DNA of 55,592 nt, filler included, from Platydemus manokwari (taxonomy: Eukaryota): assembly GCA_037951405.1 (NCBI GenBank). It is 4 parts of 4 records of this genome, joined end to end, with 100 filler letters (N's around TTAATTAATTAA, not from the genome) between each part and the next. Parts side by side here need not be neighbours in the genome. Positions count along the whole stretch, not along the records: positions 33,323 to 42,834 come from JBBMOY011238764.1; positions 42,935 to 55,592 come from JBBMOY010022237.1; 2 more parts are not named here. The stretch is one strand, 5' to 3'. The notes beneath the pieces are model-generated. The model was given only the letters and a program-made list of their open reading frames with translations. It ran no database searches and was not told the DNA's origin. Below, piece by piece: positions 38,730-50,307 of this stretch (position 1 is the stretch's first letter; every line of letters begins with the position of its first letter). A program made the translations under genes and the position numbers.

Positions 38730-40010
38730 AAATGCATTTAAATGAGAATTCTTCGACATCTCGCCATAATTTCTCAAAATTCTGTTTGTTTTCTGCTTGT
38801 CTTATTTCCACTTCTATAAGTGATTCTTGCCATGATTGTTCTAAAAATAGTTCATCCTCGTTAGTTAGCTCATATTCATCACACTTAATAACTTGTTCGT
38901 TATTCATCTTGATATAATCTCTCTTTGCTGAATATTATTATTATCTTTCCATAATAGCTCGTTATATTTTAATTTTTTATACTATGATGTTTTCTTTCTC
39001 GTTTTTTTGAATAGGTGTTCTTCTGTCGATTTAAGTATACAGACTTAATTTTCCGTTTTGATTAGTGTATTTTCTTCTAGTGTATCTTCCTGTTGTATCT
39101 TTCTTCTCCATATGGGTCCTTCATTGTCATTTTCTTCATCTCACCAATTTACGCCTATTTTTTCAATTATCAATCATGGTATTTATCTCATCATTTCGAT
39201 TTCCAAATTTCGGCATTCTTTTTCAAATAATTAGAGAATATATTTCTTTCAGATTTTTATTGTGGAGGTTATTGTTCTTTTTCATTTCTTCCTCAACAGT
39301 TATTGCCCCTCTAGTAGGACTAACTGATTGGGTGCTATCAGCCACGATTATCAATGTGTTAGGAATATCCTAGGCTCTGATTTTATTCTGAGAATAATCA
39401 CTTTGAAAATCTAGTATCTGTGAGATAAATGTATTGTTGCAGATGAGAAAATCACAAGAAATATGTCTTCAGGAAATTTTATCACGATATCGGCTTGATT
39501 TTATTCTGAGAATAGTCACTTTGAAAATCTAGTCTCGCATTTCGGGAAACTTACTGTTGTTAGTTGCTCTTTTAGTCTTCCACGTCGTGCATTACTGGGT
39601 CTTCGACTAGATGAAAATGTTCCTCGATTTCGTCTGAATACGTAGAATTCTGCCTTCTACTATGTGTTTGGTATCTCGTATTAAATATCACGATCTGAAA
39701 TGATGACTTTCTAAGAGGGCATTGACTTTTCTGCGGTATCTTCCGATTTGAAATTTTTCCAAAGAATATCTGACTCGTCTCGATGCAGTGAATCGAATGC
39801 GCTAATCAGGCTGAGACTATTAATTAATAGCCACTTCTATGTTGCGGCCTCATTTGAATTTCTTTCATCGAATTTTTGAATATTGAAATTTAGAGCTTTC
39901 TGCGCTTGTTTAGGCAAGCTCTCTAGTAGCTGTTTTCTCAGCAAATACCTTGTGATTACATTGATCTGTATGGTGTGGTCTCCAGTTATAGCATTGACAA
40001 ATGTAGACAT
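38730..40010 (-). mobile_element. Decayed gag-like ORF region of an LTR-type retroelement
   Basis: ATG at 40010: MSTFVNAITG...NIQKFDERNSNEAAT*KWLLINSLSLISAFDSLHRDESDILWKNFKSEDT, followed by interrupted charged, A-rich coding-like sequence. Internal 35-nt duplication at 39381-39415 and 39500-39533. Starts just downstream of repeat X copy 2 on the minus strand. Confidence 0.55.
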
Positions 40011-40089
40011 AATATTTATTTAAAAAACTAAACTAATCTTATAATCAATTATTTAAACAAATACAACGATTATTATAAAGGTATTTTCT

Positions 40090-40970
40090 CAGGTTCATGA
40101 AACCGAGAAAAGGAAGCAGCAATTAGATAACAAATAAAACTAATAAAAATATGAAAAAATATTGAAAAATGAAGAATATGTTCAAGTAATTACCGAACTA
40201 GTAGTATAGTCTTAGAAGTTGTGACAAGTGTAGTAGTTATGTTAGAAATAGACTATCGGTCAGTATCTCAAAACTTATGCAAAATACTTTTTTCACTTAT
40301 TAACATAATCTTTATTAAGAGTTTGGCACTCGCAGATAAAATTTTATGTAGTGTAATAATAAATATATCTTAGTGAAATTAAAAAGGATTTATTAATTTT
40401 ATTAATACCAGGCTTACTTAATTCGAATATAATTCCTAATATTATAAATCGAGTTAGTAAATTCCTCATATGTTTAATTTAATATTGAGAAATAAATTCG
40501 TGTAAAATAAGTAAATTTATTTAAAATTTAATGAAACTTAATGAAATCCGTTTATAGAGTTTGAGTATCAGTTGAAATAGGAAATTTCTTTAAACAAATT
40601 AAAAATTTTGGATTTAATTTCAATGAAAAATTGATAGGGTAATTAATTACATAAATAAAACTTTATAAAATTTAAAACTTCGAAAAATTTATAAAAATCA
40701 AATTTTAAACATTTCAATCAGTATTAATACATTTTTAATTCAATGATATAGCAAATGTGACCAAATTTGAATGATTTTGTAATTAATAGATAGATCGGCT
40801 CATTTTATTAATATTTGTTTAAATTTGTACAAAATTTAAATTTAAATTTTGTGCAGGGACTCGTATTAAAGGTAATTTATTTGATTTTATATGAGTGATG
40901 TTTACATTAAAATTATAATTAATATCGCTTTAATTTATGTAGATTTTTATAATGTTTACATTTGATATTA
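40090..40970. repeat. Long direct repeat X, copy 2
   Basis: Shared strings such as AGTAGTATAGTCTTAGAAGTTGT, AATAAATTCGTGTAAAATAAGTAAATTTATTTAAAATTTA and TATTAAAGGTAATTTATTTGATT. Confidence 0.85.
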
Positions 40971-41273
40971 TGATTATATGAATTTTATCGGGTTTGATTT
41001 TCGATCGAAATACTGGCTTTATTTAATTTATCTCAGTGGATTTATTTTTTAATATGGGTTATTATTTTGATAGACGAGTTTCATTTTGTGGAAAAAGTAT
41101 TCATTATTTCTAACAAAGGCGTTCAATATTTTTGTGATGTTTAATTTTATCACCAATCCAATATTTGTAAATTAAAATAAAGGTGTTTTATTATCTAGAG
41201 ATGTTATTTGTAATAATATTTTAGTTCCTGTGTTTTAATTCGGCTTATTATTATTATCTTGAAAATAGCATTA

Positions 41274-42834
41274 CAGTAAACTCTGGTTAATCCGGATTTT
41301 CTGTTGGCTATTTTGACTGCAATCAGTAGTATTTAGTAAATTTTCGTTTTGCTCTAAAACTTCTTCAATAATTTCATTTTTCTATAATACTTTTGAAGTT
41401 AATAAGTTATTATCTATACTCACATAATCATTAAAAGAACACTTCAAATTAGGTAGGACAAGATTCAATATCGTCGAGAGAAGAAGTAATTTCATTTATA
41501 TTAGGTTGAATAGAATTATTAAATTTAAACCCAGCATGTCTGAAAGAATTAGATATACAACAAGCTGACACGCCTTCCCAACTTGCTGCTAAATTGTATA
41601 TTGCATCTAAAACATTCCATTTAGGTAATTGTTCTAAACTAAACTTGTTCTTTTCAAATTTAAGGATGAGATCTTTTACTAAGTGCTTTTTGAATTTTGT
41701 TTTTACTGAAGATATTACACCTTGGTCCATAGGTTGCAGGCAGCTAGTTGCATTAGGTGGAAAAAATATTAATTTAACATTAGATAATTCTAATATTGAA
41801 TGGGCAGGACATTTATCAATAAAAAGTATAATTTTTCTTTTTTCATCCTTCATCCTTTTGTTTAAAATATCGAGCCAATCATTAAAAATTATTGAATTCA
41901 TCATGCATTTTTAGAATGTCGATAAAAGCATGGTAAAGTATTTACGTTTTTAAAACAACGAGGTTTGTTAAACTTTCCAATTATCAAAGGTTTCAATTTT
42001 TCTGAACAATGCATGTTCGCACCGAGCAACACAGTGATTCTTTCTTTGCTCATTTTGCCCCATAACAAGATTCCCTCTTATAACTTAAGGTCTTATCGAG
42101 TAGCATATTGTAGAACAACCCCATCTCATCTGCATTAAAAACATCAGTAAAAGGATAGCCTCCAAGTAGTTTAGGATGATCGTATTCTATCCATTTACTT
42201 TTTACAGGCTCCTTCACTGATGTGCTTTCCTCAGAAATCTTTCTAAATCTCAAATCATTCCGGGTCTTGAAACCCGTTAACCAACCTGATGAAGCCTTAA
42301 ATTCTTCTGGACTTACATTCATTTTACATGCAAATAAAAGCGTGCCACAAACAGGAATGTTGCATTGTAGAAACCATTTTAAAACAGCAGATTCGACTTC
42401 TTTAAATCGAGGAGTACGCAACCGTTTTCTATTTTTAGAATTGTATATTAACGGTGTGGTTTGTTCGATTTTGCTTCGAAATTTTTAACGTCTGAAATTG
42501 TTGATTTGGGTATATTAAGGTCATGAGCAATGTTAATTAACTTTTCTCCATTATCCAATCTTTTTAAAATAGCTAATTTCATTTCCGTTGTCAGATCATG
42601 ACGTTGACACTTGCTCATTAAGGGTCCGAAATAAGGTTACAATTTGTATTAACATAATCGTAATATAAAAAATAATAAATAAAGAAATTATCAACTAAAC
42701 GCTAAAATTTTATAATATTTTAATAAAATAAATGGCATTTATTATAAGCGCTGTAATTATTACTTCTTCACTTGCCTATTCATTTAAAAAGAATACTTTT
42801 AACTTAATAATTATTTTAAAAATTTAATTATGCA
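41274..42834 (-). mobile_element. Tigger/pogo (Tc1-mariner superfamily) DNA transposon with disrupted transposase
   Basis: TA target site followed by TIR-like CAGTAAACTCTGGTTAATCCGG at 41274. ATG at 42618 gives HTH MSKCQRHDLTTEMKLAILKRLDNGEK..., CENP-B HTH FKASSGWLTGFKTR, and DDE motifs FNADEMGL, FIDKCPAH, FFPPNATSCLQPMDQGVI. Frameshifted. Second end cut by the contig break. Confidence 0.95.
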
Positions 42835-42934
42835 NNNNNNNNNNNNNNNNNNNNNNNNNNNNNNNNNNNNNNNNNNNNTTAATTAATTAANNNNNNNNNN
42901 NNNNNNNNNNNNNNNNNNNNNNNNNNNNNNNNNN
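42835..42934. other. Artificial contig linker
   Basis: N44-TTAATTAATTAA-N44. Confidence 0.98.
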
Positions 42935-43028
42935 TTTGAGTTTTTTGTAAACCTATCATAGTTTTGGCCCTCCAAATTTTAAAAAATCAGCAATGTGGCC
43001 CTTTGCTGAAATAGTTTGGAGACCCCTG
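42935..43028. mobile_element. End of a hAT (Charlie-like) element
   Basis: TGTGGCCC subterminal motif and AGTTTGGAGACCCCTG terminus (reverse complement of CAGGGGTCTCCAAACT), followed by TACTAGAG, which resembles the Charlie NTCTAGAN target site. Confidence 0.75.
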
Positions 43029-43679
43029 TACTAGAGCGTCAAAATCTATAAACTGATTATTTCATACAGGGTTAAAAGTGGAATAAATTAAAATTTATCG
43101 AAAATTAGCAAGGATCCATTTTTTAACATTAAAAGTAAATTGAGAGTTACTCTAAATTTTTACAATTATTTTTCGAAACAAATGATATTAGATTCTTAAG
43201 CATTTAAGTATCTTACTAAATAAAAAAATTTTAATTAAAAAAATCATTAAATGAAATAAAAGTTTTGTGACTAGAAGAGAATTGGAGATATCAGCAAAAA
43301 TTTTTTAAATAAACCAACTTTCACAAATGATAAAAAACATCTCAAAAATAAAACAAAGCATTTTAAAACATTTATTGCTATAAAAATTTGATGATTTCTT
43401 GAATAATTCCTCGTTCCAGTTCAAACCAAGGCATGGAAATCATAAAAGAAAATGTTGCAAGATAAATCTAAAAATTAAGAATTACTTTAAATATTAATAT
43501 ATTTAATTGATGATGGATGAAGCCTGATCAATCACTTTCAGGTTCTATTGGAGATCCGATTGCAATCTTAGGTTATCAACGTGGCAATGTGAATAATTCT
43601 AAGTGATTTATGATTCTGGATAACCGATATATTTATAATCAATATTGAATCGTCATTAAATTGTCATTGGTGTTTTATT

Positions 43680-43850
43680 GATAGAATTTGGCTATTTCTA
43701 TTCTTTTCCATCTAAAATTGAATTTTAGGTCAAAATATGATAAAAAATATCATTATAAATAAATTTTGAAATTCAATAATACACGAAGAATTATTGCATT
43801 AAAATTAGGTTAAAGGATCTTTTTCTCCGACATAAGCCCAAAAAAATTTC
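43680..43850 (-). repeat. Diverged partial copy C of the unknown exon-intron module
   Basis: TCTAAAATTGAATTTTA...AAATAAATTT...TTAAAATTxGxTxAAAGGAxCTTTTT...TAAGCC matches 10314-10452. Intron-like GT..AG at 43782-43712. Confidence 0.7.
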
Positions 43851-44729
43851 ATTACAAATATTAATTTAAAAATGACAATTAAGTAATTAAAATTAATTAT
43901 GTCGGCGTACAATAATTGATTATTTTCATATTATTCTTCATACAAACTCTTTTCGAATTATCTTTTTCAATTATAGTCAATGAAACCAGACATAAATTAG
44001 AACAATAAAGAGATTTGAGTGATAAATACAATTACAATGAAAAAGTGATGAATATAGATTATGTAGATAGCTTAGAATATTTATTAACGAAGGCTTGTTA
44101 ATATATTAACATTATTTTATTTTATTTACTGTTAGTTTTTATAGGAAATTGTTGATTTAAAATGACTCTTATTTAAATACTCCCAAGCCTTTGAATAACG
44201 TGCTTTTTGGCATGCATCTCTATACAATTTTTTATTGATATTTTATTACAATTTTTTTATTCTTAGTTGTTTTGATAGTAGATTTATTTATTTCGAAATT
44301 TTAACTAATAGATGATATATGTGATGAAAATATATAGATATGCTTTGACTCACGATGACCTAAGACATTATTTATAACATTTAGACCTTGTTAAACAAAC
44401 TGAAAGATGTGTTATGGAAAAAATAAAAAAATTTCAGTAAATCCTTAATTTATAAATCACTTTCTAACCTGAACACCGAGATAAAGACTCAAAGCAAAAT
44501 ATGTAACCAGATAGTGGAAATGAAAAAAGTGAAATAATGTTGGATGTTACTTTTTTGGATTAATATAAAAACTAATTAGCTAAAAAGGCACAGCAATCTG
44601 AGAAATTGTGTGACTAATAAAAATAATTACGACAATTGTGCCAAAACTGCGGGAGGGAATAAATTCAGTATTGCAAAGATTTTATTAATATCAAAATGGC
44701 GATCTTAAATTTATTTTGTAGAAGTTTAG

Positions 44730-45130
44730 CTGTTATAAATTTGTTCGATTATTCGATGTTCATTGGATAAAAGTCCTTATATTGATTCATGCTTCAAACA
44801 TGATTAAATTCATTATCTATTCAAATATAAGACCATTGATGAGTGAGAAAATTGGAATTCAAATCGAAGGGTAAGCGAGTTCACTAAGATTCGAAAGCAT
44901 CTTCTAGTTATTAGATCTTTATTCATGGAAATGATTGCTTAGATGTTTGAAATGGCTCATATGGGTAAACGTCTAGTAGAACCTATTTGGTGGGTGGAAA
45001 AAATCGAGTAACTTCTTTTTCGTCTTCAACTAAAATAATCAAGGCTTTATGTTTGAATTTCATGATACAAGAAAGTCATTAGTTAATTATCGACTCAATA
45101 TTTTTGCAAATCTAGACAGCAGATTCATGA
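44730..45130 (+). pseudogene. Possible decayed glycoside hydrolase family 31 (MYORG-like) C-terminal fragment
   Basis: LFDVHWIKV...VSEFTKIRKHLL...MFEMAHMGKRLVEPIWWVE resembles the GH31/MYORG stretch LYxRWxEV...KFxxLR...GxPIVRPLWW, with stops and a frameshift. By eye only. Confidence 0.3.
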
Positions 45131-46924
45131 TATTTTATTTGATTATTAAGGCAGATGAAGTGAAAATTATTCCGCACTTTGTAGAAAACGTCGATGTCCA
45201 AAATCACAGGAAGTCGTTTTTTACAGTTCCGAATAATCAAGTCAGATCAAAGACTATCACAAATTTTGAAGTTGGGTATCGACATCAACATCTATTTCGC
45301 GACTCCGTATAAACAGACTAGTGGAATTTATAATCCCAATATTTCTACTATCTGTCTTTTCTCATAAGAATTAGAAATGTTTAAAAATATGTGTCCGTAG
45401 TTTCAGCGATAATGGTGCTCTTTTGACAATGTCATGTGAATCCATGTTTCGATTAGCATGGATAATGTTTGAGTATTATCAAATAAGTTAAGTTATAATA
45501 AAATATTTAATTGCCGATTATATTAACGATTTCCTCACTATAAATGTTGTTGTTTATATTTATTTCTTCCTGAAGAATCCCTCTAAATTCATGTTTTCAA
45601 ATATCAGCAATTTTTAATATGTACGTTGATCATTTTAATAATTATTTTCTTATTTAATTCATCTTTTAATTTTTGCCAGTTATTTTTATTCCGTTAATTG
45701 AAGCAACAACTTGAAATAAAATACAATTACTAAGTTATAAGTTATCAAATTTTTTTTATGATAAAGTACCGAGTTTTTGTATTTGTTCAACAATTTGGTT
45801 GGCCAAGTTCTTTTTTATGGGATCATTTAGTCTATCAACGAATTTACGGTGTCTAACCACTCGACATTTTTGTGTTTTGTTCGCTAATAACAACATAAAT
45901 TAATTACAAAAAGTTTTATTGCTAAATATCAAGATAGCAAAATCTTATCAGCTTTACCAAAGATTCATCACATTGCTTTTCGCATATAAAACGGTAAAAT
46001 ATTTGACAGCTTGAGAATAGCAAAATACCTTATTGATTTTAAAATTTATTTCGAGAGTTTATAATATGACTGTCTGAACCAGTTATCTTTATCAGACCAT
46101 CAGTTATTATCAATGAGAAGTTGCCTTTTTGCACCTTTTTGTTATAATGCTTTTAAAAAATTAATTTTGTTACTGCTATCGGATTTATGTTTCATATTCT
46201 ATTACTGGTTCTCTCTAAAATTACTACTATTATTGTTGGCAAATTTCGTCAACAGAAATCAACAATAAACGATGAAGCAAGGCGGGATCACCACCTGAAA
46301 GCTAAACGACAAAACAGAAGACAATCATAAAGACTGATTGTCAGAGAAATCGTATAAAAGTCACACAGAATGAAAGTTACCGGCCAAAAGACTGACAGAT
46401 TCTCGTAATATCCGACTCCTTTTATATGTTTTTGAGTTTGCTCACTTGAAATCTCAGAGATACTATTTTCATTCGTTAGAGTCTTTCACATCTCATTCTT
46501 TTGGTAATTTCTCTTACATCTCTCTAGTCTTTGGGGATTTTCAATCTTTACTTCTAACTGTTGGTATATATCAGTCGATTATTGTATTCTAAATATGAAT
46601 TAATATACCGGAAGAATCTGATTGGATATTAGTACGTACGCTTATCGAATTTGTGTGTATCAACCCTTTGAAAATTATTTCAATGGTTTCCATGAATCTT
46701 TTAATTGTTTTCATGAAATATGCAATAAAAGAATGAGTACAGAAGTACAAAACATGAAAAAAAAATCTACGAGTTCATCATCAAATCAATACAGAAGTTA
46801 TTGCCAAATATAGATTGTATTGTTCTTGGAACTTGGTTTGGTTATGTGAACTGGTTTATCATCCCGGTAGGATTCACAATTATTTTTCAAAATAGTTTGA
46901 GACATAAATGTACTTTTGAAGAAA

Positions 46925-46929
<5 letters not shown>

Positions 46930-46978
<49 letters not shown>
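46930..46978. repeat. Compound (TA)n(TG)n microsatellite
   Basis: Direct reading. Confidence 0.95.
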
Positions 46979-47179
46979 TACAATTCCATATTTATTCAAA
47001 GTTACTCACTTTGGATAATGAGATGTGTTTACTATGAGACAATGAACAAATCATATGAGGTAACAAACACTGAAAAGTTAATGATAATTAAATAATGCGA
47101 TTATAAATATATAATAAAATAAGAATTTATTATTTTAAACCTATTTTGATAACTTTTAAAAAATATTTTTCATTTTTAA

Positions 47180-47419
47180 ATGTCATTACATTTCGCTCAA
47201 AATAGAGTAATCAATACCGACAATGTCCACAATGTAAAGAGTAAAATATCAGGACTGAATTTTATGACTCGAACTGCCAATGCCACATCCTCTGCTACGT
47301 CGACTTTGTTTGGAAAATTCAAGGATTTGAAGGATTCAACTTCAAAATCAGATGATTCGTCCGACCAGGTGACAGCAACTAAATCCAACATCTCAAATTT
47401 CTTCTCAAAACGCAGATGA
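47180..47419 (+). CDS. Small Ser/Thr/Lys-rich ORF or terminal exon of an unknown gene
   Basis: Open 79 codons, with higher GC than the flanks. Either starts at ATG 47180 or uses acceptor AATAG ending at 47205. No family recognised. Confidence 0.45.
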   Translation: MSLHFAQNRVINTDNVHNVKSKISGLNFMTRTANATSSATSTLFGKFKDLKDSTSKSDDSSDQVTATKSNISNFFSKRR

Positions 47420-48360
47420 AAACAAAATGGTTTTATACACGCCAATATTTTTTACAGAAATGTTATTTATTTCTTAGATATGCAAATAAATTTATATGTA
47501 TCTCTGTATTTTTTATTCTACAAACAGATATTAAAGAATCATTATATATTAGACATTTCCCAGCAAATTTTCATTCGTTATTTTTGATTTTTTGTATTGA
47601 CAACTTATTTAACCAATAAAAATACTGTTCTAAATACAATTTGCTGCTAATGAAATGTCTTAAACGCAACTAAATAGAGTAATCGTCATCAATACTCAAA
47701 GCATACAAGTTAAGCCTTTCAAATGAAATAAGATATTCAAGAAAATTTTGAATTTCATGCACACAAAAAAATTTATTTATAAAACTATCTTTAGCAACGC
47801 GTAATAAAAGAAAAACATGACGAATAATTCATAAACAATATCGAGAATTATTGTTGTGAAAAATAATTAATAAAATTCAAATTAATGCGGGTATTAATTT
47901 AGTTTGGAATATAATTTTTTAATGCTTCAATAATTGTTGATTGCATTGAACTGGATATTTGAAACTAGAATATTTCCTAGCTTTTAAACTAATTTTATTC
48001 CAACACGAACAACCTATGGCGATTAAAAAATTAAAATTCAGATTCTCATACTAATAATCATTACATTAATAATAACGAACTCAATACAATGCTAAATATA
48101 TACAATATTGAGAAGCAACGCTATTGGTTAATATATCAGCCTATCATATTCAAAAGATGAATTCGACATTTTTTCTGACAAATTGATGTTTTTTCCATCA
48201 AATTATCAATTGCTAAAACAATTTCAATTGACTTGGCAGAAAAAATATTTTCAATTTTTTATAAAATGACAAACTATTTACAATTCAAAGCATTTATATT
48301 TGAAATTGCATCTAAAAATTCATCATCATTCCTATAAAAAGCAAACATTTTCTACGATCT

Positions 48361-49077
48361 TTAATCTACAACATGTCCACCGGGAAGTTCTTCTTTCAAT
48401 TTTACTGCTCGATCAATTAATTGTTTAAATTTGTCCATATCTTGTTCAAAATGATAACCCTTCTTGTACATGACACCTAAATTAACACAAGCTTCAATAT
48501 CGCCCAAGTCACAACCTTTTGTCCAGAATTTAGCCGATTTTTCATAATCATGTTTCAAGCCATCTCTGTCTTTAATTGTAACAAAACCAGCTTGGAAACA
48601 TCCTGGTGCAAAGTTATCATCACAGCTCTTTTCGAAAAAATTTAACGCTTCTTGAAAATCTGGCTTGTCACAATCAGATTTCAACATTCCGCCCGCATAG
48701 CACGACTTGGAATGATTGTTTTCAAAACAATTAGTTTTAAATTTCTCAAATGCACTTGTCTCATCTTTATCTACACCTTCACCATAAAAGAGGCTCAGAG
48801 CGTATTTCATACAACTTTCAGGATGTTTATACTGCTCACAGTTCCATTTAAAAGTTTCTGCAGCTTTTACAAAATCTTCTTTATAATTTTTAAACCAAAC
48901 TCCAAGAGAAAAGCAACCTATGTTATGTAATTTAATACGAAATTATTTAATTTTAATACTTTCAGATAATTTATCCATATAACACCCATATTGAAATCGC
49001 AACCCGAGTTCTTCTATTTCTAATTTATGATCTTCTTCGTTTTTGTAAAATGACAGCCCTTGGTCATATATTGGCAT
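48361..49077 (-). CDS. COA7: Cytochrome c oxidase assembly factor 7 (Sel1-repeat, Cys-rich), 2 exons, 224 aa
   Basis: Exons 49077-48960 and 48917-48361, with a 42-nt GT-AG intron in phase 1. LGLRFQYGCY...SCFSLG...DFVKAAETFKWNCEQYKHPESCMKY...FEKSCD...KGCDLGDIEACVNLGVMYKKG matches the COA7/SELRC1 layout. Confidence 0.9.
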
Positions 49078-49257
49078 CTTTGAATTATAAACTTACTTTG
49101 TATTAAATGTGTCAGTATAGTAGAAGTTCTAAGTTATTTATAAAAATTTCTATAATATATGACTAAATTTAAAAATTCACCATTTCATTAAACAACATTA
49201 AACAAACAGATACGCTTAATTTAAATTTGGCATTATTATTTTAAGAATAAGTTGAAA

Positions 49258-49975
49258 TATTGGCTTAAGTTAAGAAAAAAGATACCTTGACCTAATTTTA
49301 ATGTGATGAATTTTCGTGACGTATTTAATATCAAAATTTATTTGTAATCATATTTTATTGAAATTTTTACATAAAATTAAATTTTAGATTAAAAACCAAA
49401 AATCAACTTTAACAATCAAAAACCATGTATTCGATGCCCGCTACTATATTTGGAACTTTCAAAACATTCCCCAACAATTTCTACGACGATATTTCAATGA
49501 TATTTCTATTCCAAGATATTTCTTCATTGGCGAGGATCTACAAATTTTGCTGTATCTCAATAAATAATTTTAAATTGTTGGTTTTATTTTAATAAAAATT
49601 GTCAATATTATTTGATTGTTAGTTTGCTAATGGATTTGTAAATATAATATATTTTTTAATATAATTTTTGTGTGATCCCATGCACCAAAAATACTTTATT
49701 CAGAATATCAAAAACGGACAAAGCTGAATTGTTGAACCAATTCCCTATTTGAATTCCGAAACTTTGTGGCATTTTCACATGTACGAATTATTTGATTTGG
49801 ATTAAATCTTGATTTCATTACAACATCGACAGGTTTGGGATCTATGTATCTAATCTATTAAACAGATATTAATATACTTATTTTGAGAGAAAACACAACT
49901 ACATTGTTTCTGGCACTTCTCAATAATTTCGAAGTAACTTTTTTATAAAATAACTCTAAAAATAGTAGATATCAT
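49258..49975 (+). repeat. Dispersed repeat of unknown identity, copy B (exon-intron module)
   Basis: Inverted homolog of 9728-10457. Intron-like 49321-49387 and an open exon-like segment 49388-49551 (IKNQKSTLTIKNHVFDARYYIWNFQNIPQQFLRRYFNDISIPRYFFIGEDLQIL). The downstream part has stops. Confidence 0.9.
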
Positions 49976-50092
49976 AAAATAATCTCAAGATTTTTTGTCT
50001 TATTTCTGCAAGACTAATTCCAATACTATAATGATGATTTCAATACCTATAATAAGGTTTAATTGTATTTATTAACAAAACTTTGTAATAAA

Positions 50093-50307
50093 TTATTCCA
50101 TTTTTGATTTCAAATTTGCTAAAACATGCTTAAACACAATATTTTTAAAAGTTCTATTAAAACTTTCAATAAATACAACTTTCCTGCCATTCTCTGTAAA
50201 ACTTTTTAAAAAATTATTTATAATTCCAGATTTTTTATCGGAGGGAATATATTTTGGAATTCTTTAATCTTTTCAGAATAAGTTTCAAACGCTTCATCTA
50301 TACTTCC
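50093..50307 (-). mobile_element. Polinton/Maverick-type rve integrase fragment
   Basis: GSIDEAFETY/RIPKYIPSDKKSGIINNFLKSFTENGRKVVFIESFNRTFKNIVFK, a decayed PxxLxxDxGxEF...ERFNRTLK core with one frameshift and an internal deletion. Confidence 0.7.

Noticed and set aside
38365-39373. Hydrophobic + strand ORFs (38365, 38732, 39065)
   Set aside because: T-rich antisense reading of A-rich minus-strand sequence, including the gag-like region.
43800-43845. WAYVGEKDP resembling the alpha-carbonic anhydrase N-terminus
   Set aside because: Not preserved in the other two copies of the repeat, and no downstream CA motifs occur in a consistent frame.
956-49077. Functional cluster of copper/flavin genes (tyrosinase, SLC52, COA7)
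   Set aside because: The genes lie on different contigs joined by artificial linkers, so adjacency is not evidence.
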